From a virus (Duplodnaviria > Heunggongvirae > Uroviricota > Caudoviricetes), in the IMG/VR virus record IMGVR_UViG_2660238580_000002: a stretch of 64,000 bases of DNA; one strand, written 5' to 3'. Shown piece after piece: positions 56,839 to 64,000 of this stretch (within the stretch, counting starts at the first letter, position 1; each line of letters begins with the position of its first letter). The position numbers were made by a program, and so were the translations under genes. The notes under the pieces were generated by a model. It searched no databases. It was not told the origin of the DNA and saw nothing but the letters and a program-made list of their open reading frames with translations.

Positions 56839-57227
56839 GCGTCAATACGGTGCTCCGTTGACGCTTACGAATTTCCTCAGGTGTTGCGTCATCGTCCACT
56901 TCGAATACATCCTCAAAATCTCCACCAGCTATTCCCGTTTCAATAATAATTTTGAACTTTCGCATTTCACTACCGCCCTTTCGGGCGGCCTCCTGATGTT
57001 CTGAGGGTGCAGAAATCCATCCGGTTAAGGATTAAATTTTATTTACAGAACTGAATTTAATTATTCAGATATACGTATCTGTAGCCTTACGAATCTACTC
57101 ACTGGATGCCTCTTTCATAAAAATAATCCAGTGGGTTTTATCGTTTTTTCCCTGTTCGTTGACAGATAACAGGTTTTCTGTCTGTCAGTGCCAGAATCTG
57201 GCTTACCGGTATTTGCGTTTCATTCCA

Positions 57228-57584
57228 TTAAAAAATCAGAACGCCGTGCGGCCTCAACACCCGAAAGGCTTCTTTAAATCTCTGTCGCGAATCATCACGC
57301 CAGGCATCTTTATTCAGCCGTCCATATTTCTTTCCCATCCAGGCGTTATCACCAACACTCTCAAGATGCGGAGGGTCTAATACAACCATCGAAAAAGATG
57401 CGTCTGCAAATGATAATGCACGAAAATCTGCGATAATGTCAGGGCTGATAATCAAGCGTCTCCCATTGCGTAATGTGTATCCTTCTTTTCTGATATCGCT
57501 GAATATCGCCCGTTCGTCAGACTTATCGAACCAGAACATGCGGCTGCCACAGCACATATCAAGAATGGTTGCCGGTGCACTCAC
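57228..57584 (-). CDS. putative SAM-dependent DNA methyltransferase fragment
   Basis: 118 aa with ILDMCCGS (motif I-like) and VLDPPH (DPPY-like); too short for a complete MTase. Confidence 0.35.
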   Translation of the reverse strand: MSAPATILDMCCGSRMFWFDKSDERAIFSDIRKEGYTLRNGRRLIISPDIIADFRALSFADASFSMVVLDPPHLESVGDNAWMGKKYGRLNKDAWRDDSRQRFKEAFRVLRPHGVLIF

Positions 57585-58003
57585 TGCGCCACGTCCTGAA
57601 AATTACCCTGATAGAAAGCCAGTATGCGCTGCATAACTTCGCTCTTCCGGCACTCGCGACAGATTATGTTTAGGCGACTGTCGTAGCGACGTATTTCTCC
57701 GTCAGGTGATGACCAGATAAGGTCCGGATCAACCACAGCAGGTTTCTTCACCTTTGCCCTCGAGAGTTTTTTGCGGGCGTTTTGCCAGTCCTTACGCGCC
57801 TGTTCAGAGGGGAATAACCCGTAGCCGGAGTTGTATACATCGCCACTGGCTACCAGCTCTCTGGCAAGAACGCTCATCAGATATCTAGTCGCACCTGTTT
57901 TAGCTTCCAGTTGCCGTAACGTCTCACGGCCGCTCTGGCGCACGAGTTCCACCACCTGCCATTTAATTTTTTCCCGCTCTTCTTGTGTAAAAACTTTTGC
58001 CAC
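57581..58003 (-). CDS. hypothetical prophage protein
   Basis: 140-aa ORF in early-left region. Confidence 0.4.
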   Translation of the reverse strand: MAKVFTQEEREKIKWQVVELVRQSGRETLRQLEAKTGATRYLMSVLARELVASGDVYNSGYGLFPSEQARKDWQNARKKLSRAKVKKPAVVDPDLIWSSPDGEIRRYDSRLNIICRECRKSEVMQRILAFYQGNFQDVAQ

Positions 58004-58043
58004 AAGTCCCCCTTAAAATTACCTCATGACCTGAAATCAACAC

Positions 58044-59063
58044 TTATCCTCTGAAACCAGGCGGAATTTCTGTATCCGGTTCAGAAATATGATTAACACA
58101 ACGCTGTACAGGTGAACGTCCCAGGCGGATGACCAGTTCGTCCCATTTTTCGCGGAGCTTTGACGGGCTCATGATGTTTTTTACCCAGAATGGATCTCGC
58201 TGAACCCGACCAAACATTTCGCAAATTTGTCTGTGGCTTCTGCCATCCAGCATCCGCATTGTGCGCACGTCATTGGCCCAGGCAGTCCAGTTAGGCTCTT
58301 TTGGTCGCATGATCTCGCCATCATCACTGGCTGCCTGTTCGTAGAGACCCACGATCCGCCCCCAGATCCACTGCGCACACGCCAAATCCTCCCTGCTACC
58401 CCACTGGCGTTTTTTCGCACTAAACACAACCGCGTCGGAGTTCCGGGTTAAAAAATCCTGTTCAGTCGTCTGCGGGTCCGGTTGCGAAGCTTCCGGACGA
58501 AAAGTGTTTTTATTCTCTGTAGTAATCTCTGTTGTATTCTCTGTAAGATCATCAGGCCATTTTGACCCGATGACATTGGGTCGTTTTGAACCAATGGAGC
58601 GTTTCATTTTGACCTCTTCCATCGTGTCATTTTGACCTGATGGAGCGGCGCATTTTGAACCGATGGATTCGCTCAATTTGCCACCATCTAAAAGCTCGCT
58701 CCCATAGTTGATCGTGTAGAAATTGGTCATATCGCGCTTTGATTTATTGAGCTTTTCACAACGCAAAAGCCCCAGCGTTTTCAGACTTGCAAACGCGCGC
58801 TTTAACGTTGACTCTGACCAGAATGGGAACTGTTCCAGCCATTGTTCCGTTGTGTTATAAATCCAGCGAACACCATCACATTCCATGCCGGAGTTGGTAT
58901 CTCTCAACCAGTAGTGCAGTTGTTGCAAAACAATGGCTTCGTTTAAGCCAATTTTCATTGCCAGCTGCGTGTTTATAACCAGTGGGCGTTCAGCAAAAAG
59001 AAGGCTCATAATTCCATCCAGCTTTTTGTTGGTATTGCTGTCGATACGCAAGTTTGAAAGCAA
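58044..59063 (-). CDS. putative phage replication protein (O-like / YdaU-like position)
   Basis: 339 aa downstream of dicC and YdaT-like gene; SIGSK linker repeats; assignment by position only; start likely internal. Confidence 0.35.
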   Translation of the reverse strand: MLSNLRIDSNTNKKLDGIMSLLFAERPLVINTQLAMKIGLNEAIVLQQLHYWLRDTNSGMECDGVRWIYNTTEQWLEQFPFWSESTLKRAFASLKTLGLLRCEKLNKSKRDMTNFYTINYGSELLDGGKLSESIGSKCAAPSGQNDTMEEVKMKRSIGSKRPNVIGSKWPDDLTENTTEITTENKNTFRPEASQPDPQTTEQDFLTRNSDAVVFSAKKRQWGSREDLACAQWIWGRIVGLYEQAASDDGEIMRPKEPNWTAWANDVRTMRMLDGRSHRQICEMFGRVQRDPFWVKNIMSPSKLREKWDELVIRLGRSPVQRCVNHISEPDTEIPPGFRG

Positions 59064-59511
59064 TTGCTTTTTCTATAAGTTCGTCAGTTTCACGATCCAC
59101 TACGGCAGGATCAGCAAAAAGCAGTCCGGACTCCACCACATCGCCATATTCTTTGTTTAACCCGGCGATCATGCACGTGATGCTTTTTCCGTCAGTAATT
59201 TCACGATACAACCTGAAATCATTAATCCGGATAGCCTCCATAATTGCAGGCACTAGCGCCGTGAACTTTTCACGCTTATCCCTGGTGTCGATAGCCTTCC
59301 AGCGTTCAAATATCTTCACTCGATTAACGCCAAGCGCTCGCTGATCAATCGCGCCACCTTCATATGTGACACGCTGAACATCGATGTTCGGGCGCTCTTT
59401 CAAAGCCCAGAATGCTTCAGTGATTAATATCGTCGCCTGCTCCTGTGTCATTCCTGGTCGACATATCCAGGCATCCAGAGCCTCACGAGCCTGTTCAGGA
59501 GTGATTTTCAT
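58990..59511 (-). CDS. YdaT-like prophage regulatory protein
   Basis: 173 aa immediately downstream of cro-like dicC. Confidence 0.4.
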   Translation of the reverse strand: MKITPEQAREALDAWICRPGMTQEQATILITEAFWALKERPNIDVQRVTYEGGAIDQRALGVNRVKIFERWKAIDTRDKREKFTALVPAIMEAIRINDFRLYREITDGKSITCMIAGLNKEYGDVVESGLLFADPAVVDRETDELIEKAIAFKLAYRQQYQQKAGWNYEPSFC

Positions 59512-59725
59512 TGTTCAACCGCCCCGCCCGCTTCGTCTTACGATATTCATCATAAACTTTGGGATCATACTGAAGCTCCCCGCCAGATGCCTCCTGTAGA
59601 CGCATCGCGCGACCTTCGGGAACTAAATCCCCTTTCCAGCTATAAAGCGAAGCCAAACGAATACCTGCTGCTTGTGCAAGTTTTGTTTTTGAACCGAAAT
59701 ACAAAAGAGCGTCAGTTTTAAGCAT
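59495..59725 (-). CDS. dicC: Cro-like HTH regulator DicC
   Basis: 76 aa MLKTDALLYFGSKTKLAQAAGIRLASLYSWKGD; divergent from dicA. Confidence 0.85.
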   Translation of the reverse strand: MLKTDALLYFGSKTKLAQAAGIRLASLYSWKGDLVPEGRAMRLQEASGGELQYDPKVYDEYRKTKRAGRLNNENHS

Positions 59726-59808
59726 TTAAAACACCTTTATTGTTAGTCATAACTAACAAGATAGATGTTAACAAAAACATAGTCAATACGATTTAGCATT
59801 AGCTAACT

Positions 59809-60216
59809 ATGGAAACAAAAAATTTAACTATCGGCGAACGCATCAGGTATCGTCGGAAAAACCTCAAACACACCCAAAGGTCTCTTGCTAAAGCCCTGAA
59901 AATCTCCCATGTGTCTGTATCACAATGGGAACGGGGTGATAGTGAACCTACAGGGAAGAACCTTTTTGCCCTCAGCAAAGTATTGCAATGCTCACCAACA
60001 TGGATTCTATTTGGCGATGAAGACAAGCAACCAACACCACCTGTTGAGAAGCCAGTTGCCTTATCCCCCAAAGAACTAGAGCTCCTTGAGCTGTTTAATG
60101 CACTGCCAGAATCAGAACAGGATACCCAGCTCGCCGAAATGCGAGCTCGAGTAAAAAACTTCAATAAACTCTTTGAAGAATTACTAAAAGCCCGTCAGCG
60201 GACAAATAAAAGATAA
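59809..60216 (+). CDS. dicA: repressor DicA (XRE-family HTH)
   Basis: 135 aa METKNLTIGERIRYRRKNLKHTQRSLAKALKISHVSVSQWERG. Confidence 0.9.
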   Translation: METKNLTIGERIRYRRKNLKHTQRSLAKALKISHVSVSQWERGDSEPTGKNLFALSKVLQCSPTWILFGDEDKQPTPPVEKPVALSPKELELLELFNALPESEQDTQLAEMRARVKNFNKLFEELLKARQRTNKR

Positions 60217-60382
60217 CATCATCAATGAGTTATCTTTTACCACATCAATTATGTTAGCTATAGCATACAAAATCACTTGACCGATATGTTAGTCATGGCT
60301 AATCTTGTTTGCATCAACACACCGCACGGTGTTCTCAGCAAACAGTTCCGCTACCCCAGCGTTAAGGGGAAATGAGGTCAGC

Positions 60383-60538
60383 ATGGATACTATCGATCTT
60401 GGCAACAACGAATCTCTGGTGTACGGCGTGTTTCCAAACCAGGACGGCACGTTCACCGCAATGACGTATACCAAAAGCAAAACGTTTAAAACCGAAAATG
60501 GTGCCCGTCGCTGGCTGGAAAGAAACTCAGGTGAGTGA
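60383..60538 (+). CDS. ydfA: small protein YdfA
   Basis: 51 aa MDTIDLGNNESLVYGVFPNQDGTFTAMTYTKSKTFKTENGARRWLERNSGE. Confidence 0.7.
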   Translation: MDTIDLGNNESLVYGVFPNQDGTFTAMTYTKSKTFKTENGARRWLERNSGE

Positions 60539-60539
60539 T

Positions 60540-60668
60540 ATGGATTTCGACACAATCATGGAAAAGGCTTACGAAGAATACTTCGAAGGCCTTGCCGAAG
60601 GCGAAGAAGCTCTCAGCTTCAGTGAGTTTAAACAGGCGCTTTCCAGTTCGGCAAAATCTAACGGCTGA
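60540..60668 (+). CDS. ydfB: small protein YdfB
   Basis: 42 aa MDFDTIMEKAYEEYFEGLAEGEEALSFSEFKQALSSSAKSNG; below ORF-track cutoff. Confidence 0.65.
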   Translation: MDFDTIMEKAYEEYFEGLAEGEEALSFSEFKQALSSSAKSNG

Positions 60669-60697
60669 TAAGCGAAACAGCACCGCGAGGAATCAGT

Positions 60698-60916
60698 ATG
60701 CAGAAACGAGAACCCGTCATCATCGCGCCAGACTATACCGATGATGAACTTTATGAGTGGATGCGCCAGAAAATTAATGCAGCGCAGGATCTGAAATGGG
60801 CTAATGAAGCCAGGGCTAAGCAGGCTGAAAATCTGTCCGCTCTGGAGCAGGATATCACCAATCTGGAAAAAGCAGCGGCATTAAGCATTGCCAGAATGAT
60901 TACATACCCGCGTTAG
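60698..60916 (+). CDS. ydfC: small protein YdfC
   Basis: 72 aa MQKREPVIIAPDYTDDELYEWMRQKINAAQDLKW. Confidence 0.7.
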   Translation: MQKREPVIIAPDYTDDELYEWMRQKINAAQDLKWANEARAKQAENLSALEQDITNLEKAAALSIARMITYPR

Positions 60917-61256
60917 TAGCTAATCAACAAAGCTAAGGTTAGTAATTAAGGAGTTCTCCACGGGTGAGGTGGAGTGCGTGCGCCGGACACGGGTGCGCAT
61001 CCGGAACTGACAGTTTACTGAAAGGATATTTCCCTGAAAAGTCAGACCATAACGCGAAAGCGCACGGCGAGGTAGCTGGTTCATAGATAGCCTGTCGTTA
61101 AATTTTCGTCGACCGTGCGCTTCCGGTTGTGGCAACCCGCGAAATGGCGCGGCGGTAAGTATGGCGGGGTTATTCCTTCCCCGTTGAGGACACCGGGTTG
61201 TCAGGTTGACCATACGCTTAAGTGACAACCCCGCTGCAACGCCCTCTGTTATCAAT

Positions 61257-61314
61257 TTTCTGGTGACGTTTGGCGGTATCAGTTTTACTCCGTGACTGCT
61301 CTGCCGCCCTTTTT
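61257..61314 (+). ncRNA. dicF: DicF small RNA (ftsZ-targeting sRNA)
   Basis: TTTCTGGTGACGTTTGGCGGTATCAGTTTTACTCCGTGACTGCTCTGCCGCCCTTTTT matches DicF from recollection; ends in terminator. Confidence 0.8.
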
Positions 61315-61483
61315 AAAGTGAATTTTGTGATGTGGTGAATGCGGCTGAGCGCACGCGGAACAGTTAAAACCCAAAACAGTGTTATGGGTGGATTCTCTGT
61401 ATCCGGCGTTAATTGTTAACTGGTTAACGTCACCTGGAGGCACCAGGCACTGCATCACAAAATTCATTGTTGAGGACGCGATA

Positions 61484-61672
61484 ATGAAAACGTTATTACC
61501 AAACGTTAATACGTCTGAAGGTTGTTTTGAAATTGGTGTCACTATCAGTAACCCAGTATTTACTGAAGATGCCATTAACAAGAGAAAACAAGAACGGGAG
61601 CTATTAAATAAAATATGCATTGTTTCAATGCTGGCTCGTTTACGTCTGATGCCAAAAGGATGTGCACAATGA
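61484..61672 (+). CDS. dicB: cell division inhibitor DicB
   Basis: 62 aa MKTLLPNVNTSEGCFEIGVTISNPVFTEDAINKRKQERELLNKICIVSMLARLRLMPKGCAQ. Confidence 0.9.
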   Translation: MKTLLPNVNTSEGCFEIGVTISNPVFTEDAINKRKQERELLNKICIVSMLARLRLMPKGCAQ

Positions 61673-61766
61673 ATTCAGCATTTGTGCTTGTTCTGACAGT
61701 TTTTCTTGTTTCCGGAGAGCCAGTTGAACCGCCCCGGGTTTCCTGGAGAGTGTTTTATCTGTGAAC

Positions 61767-62657
61767 TCAGGCTGCCAGATCATCGTTTCCGATGGAAGCA
61801 TAATAAGCTTTTTCTGCTTCTGCCGGAGGAGTATGGCCCAGCCTTTCCAGCAATCGTCGATTGTTATACCAGTCCACCCACGTGAGTGTGGCCAGTTCCA
61901 CTTCTGCACGGTTTTTCCAGCTCTTACGGTGTATTACCTCCGCTTTGTAAAGACCATTGATGCTCTCCGCCATCGCGTTGTCATACGAGTCGCCTGTACT
62001 TCCTGTTGATGCCAGTAATCCGGCTTCCTTAAGCCGCTGTGTGTAGGCCAGCGATACATACTGAGAACCTTTATCACTGTGATGGACCGTGCCGGACGGT
62101 CGACGGGCCCATAACGCCTGCTCCAGTGCATCCAGCACGAATGTCGTTTCCATGGACGATGAGACCCGCCACCCCACGATGTATCCGGCAAACACATCAA
62201 TGATGAACGCCACATAGACGAAGCCCCGCCATGTGCTGACGTAAGTAAAATCAGCCACCCACAGCTGGTCAGGTCGTTCTGCCACGAACTGACGGTTTAC
62301 GCGGTCGCCTGCGGCAACGGCTTTCCGGCTGATGGTCGTACGGACCTTTTTACCCCGGAGAACACCGGCAAGTCCCATAACCGCCATGAGACGTGCCACA
62401 GTGCATCTGGCCACTCTGATACCTTCCCGTAACAACTGACGCCAGACTTTACGCACACCGTATACCTTGTGATTTTCATCGTATACGCGCTGTATCTCTT
62501 TCTTCAGCCAGTCATCGCGCTGCGCACGGGCACTGCGTTTATCCGGATGATGTCGCTGTTGCTGACAGTGGTAATACGTTGACGGGGCAATATGCAGTTC
62601 GCTGCATAGCGGTCCGACCCCGTACTGCTCACGCAGCTTATCCAGCAGTGGCATCAT
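61767..62657 (-). CDS. IS629 transposase OrfB
   Basis: 296 aa identical to copy 1. Confidence 0.9.
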   Translation of the reverse strand: MMPLLDKLREQYGVGPLCSELHIAPSTYYHCQQQRHHPDKRSARAQRDDWLKKEIQRVYDENHKVYGVRKVWRQLLREGIRVARCTVARLMAVMGLAGVLRGKKVRTTISRKAVAAGDRVNRQFVAERPDQLWVADFTYVSTWRGFVYVAFIIDVFAGYIVGWRVSSSMETTFVLDALEQALWARRPSGTVHHSDKGSQYVSLAYTQRLKEAGLLASTGSTGDSYDNAMAESINGLYKAEVIHRKSWKNRAEVELATLTWVDWYNNRRLLERLGHTPPAEAEKAYYASIGNDDLAA

Positions 62658-62980
62658 TTTTTCCAGAGGCGGTCGAACTCCGCCTTCGCAAAATAAGCGG
62701 AAGCCTGGCGAAGGATATCGTTACTGCGGCGCAGTTCACGATTTTCACGTTCCAGCTCTTTCAGACGCTGACGTTCAGCGGTGGTGAGCCCTCCATCACC
62801 GCCCCCGGTATCCCGCTCATGCTGGCGAACCCAGACACGCAGAGTCTCCGGCGTACAGCCAATCTTTGGAGCAATGGAACAAATTGTCGCCCATTGTGAG
62901 TCATATTCGCTCTGACTTTCCAGAACCATACGGACTGCCCGTTGACGGACTTCGGGGGAAAAACGAGTATTTTTAGTCAT
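62654..62980 (-). CDS. IS629 transposase OrfA
   Basis: 108 aa identical to copy 1. Confidence 0.9.
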   Translation of the reverse strand: MTKNTRFSPEVRQRAVRMVLESQSEYDSQWATICSIAPKIGCTPETLRVWVRQHERDTGGGDGGLTTAERQRLKELERENRELRRSNDILRQASAYFAKAEFDRLWKK

Positions 62981-63265
62981 CCTGTTTACCTCTTTCTCAG
63001 GAAGTTTAGTCTCCAGGATTCCCGGGGCGGTTCAAGTTGATATTGCAGTCAGTGTTCACAGGACAATGCAGGAGTGTATGACTGCAGCAACCGAACAGAA
63101 AATTCCCGGTAACTGTTACCCGGTCGATAAAGTTATTCACCAGGATAATATCGAAATCCCGGCAGGTCTTTAAAACAGTTCCGTAATAAATATCCGGTTT
63201 CATTCTTATATGCCAGCAATGGCAGGGATTTGTTCATCCTTAAATCTGTCATGAGGTTAAAACAA

Positions 63266-64000
63266 ATGAGTAAAGTCTTTATTTGCGCCGCTATTCCTGA
63301 CGAACTGGCAACAAGGGAAGAAGGCGCTGTGGCTGTAGCCACAGCCATTGAAGCTGGCGACGAACGCCGTGCTCGAGCAAAATTTCACTGGCAATTCCTG
63401 GAACATTATCCGGCTGCTCAGGACTGCGCTTATAAATTTATTGTCTGCGAGGATAAACCTGGCATACCCCGCCCTGCCCTCGATTCATGGGATGCTGAAT
63501 ATATGCAGGAAAACCGCTGGGATGAGGAGTCTGCTTCTTTTGTCCCGGTTGAGACTGAATCCGATCCGATGAACGTCACTTTTGACAAGCTGGCCCCTGA
63601 AGTACAGAACGCTGTCATGGTTAAGTTCGACACATGTGAAAACATCACCGTTGATATGGTTATTAGCGCACAGGAATTGTTGCAGGAAGACATGGCAACA
63701 TTCGACGGACATATCGTTGAAGCGTTGATGAAAATGCCAGAAGTTAACGCCATGTATCCGGAGCTTAAGTTGCACGCCATTGGGTGGGTTAAGCATAAAT
63801 GTATTCCTGGTGCTAAATGGCCCGAAATTCAGGCAGAGATGCGCATCTGGAAAAAACGTCGCGAAGGTGAACGCAAGGAAACCGGAAAATACACGTCTGT
63901 TGTTGATCTCGCCCGCGCCAGAGCCAATCAACAGTACACTGAAAATTCAACAGGAAAAATCAGCCCGGTCATTGCTGCCATTCATCGCGAATACAAGCAG
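63266..64000 (+). CDS. ydfE: prophage protein, 5' part (runs off window end)
   Basis: Open frame from ATG at 63266 (MSKVFICAAIPDELATREEGAVAVA...) with no stop before 64000; symbol by position after dicB-ydfD. Confidence 0.5.
   Translation, partial: MSKVFICAAIPDELATREEGAVAVATAIEAGDERRARAKFHWQFLEHYPAAQDCAYKFIVCEDKPGIPRPALDSWDAEYMQENRWDEESASFVPVETESDPMNVTFDKLAPEVQNAVMVKFDTCENITVDMVISAQELLQEDMATFDGHIVEALMKMPEVNAMYPELKLHAIGWVKHKCIPGAKWPEIQAEMRIWKKRREGERKETGKYTSVVDLARARANQQYTENSTGKISPVIAAIHREYKQ

Larger units (their letters stand above)
53001..56870 (+). mobile_element. IS66-family element carrying a nested IS2
   Basis: Terminal inverted repeats GTAAGCGTAAACTGACCGCCGTAT / GTAAGCGTCAACGGAGCACCGTAT; 8-bp target duplication GAATTTCC (52993-53000, 56871-56878); three-ORF organisation. 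Confidence 0.85.
61725..63034 (-). mobile_element. IS629 (IS3 family), copy 2, 1310 bp
   Basis: Same ends as copy 1; 3-bp target duplication AGT (61722-61724, 63035-63037). Confidence 0.92.
61669..63173 (+). pseudogene. ydfD: ydfD interrupted by IS629 after codon 18
   Basis: MNSAFVLVLTVFLVSGEP-V before IS; DIAVSVHRTMQECMTAATEQKIPGNCYPVDKVIHQDNIEIPAGL after IS; rejoins in frame when IS plus one AGT copy is removed. Confidence 0.8.

Overview
This window is Escherichia coli-type chromosome carrying most of a mosaic lambdoid prophage. The backbone is Qin-like: ydfJ/ydfK/pin at the left flank, then cspI-Rz/Rz1-R-ydfR-pinholin-cspB-cspF-Q-ydfU-rem-hokD-relEB-flxA-dicC/dicA-ydfABC-dicF-dicB-ydfD-ydfE. 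Unlike K-12 Qin, it carries a complete lambda-collinear morphogenesis operon on the minus strand (cos-Nu1-A-W-B-C/Nu3-D-E-FI-FII-Z-U-V-G/T-H-M-L-K-I-J-lom-stf-tfa). The main finding is that major capsid gene E is split at codons Pro-Lys-His by a ~12.4-kb satellite-like island (20939-33385) bounded by a 10-bp direct repeat TGCTTCGGCT. The island encodes a P4-type integrase, AlpA, a P4-family primase with an iteron origin, SSB, its own E-like capsid and D-like decoration homologs, a cos-like site with an altered cosN, a Nu1-like gene with an in-frame amber codon, and two DUF2971 proteins. The window is also IS-rich: IS1 upstream of ydfJ, two identical IS629 copies (one in the island, one in ydfD), IS2 nested inside an IS66-family element, and an unclassified DDE transposase. 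All homology calls are from reading the sequence and from recollection of phage lambda and E. coli K-12 proteins; no database search was run.
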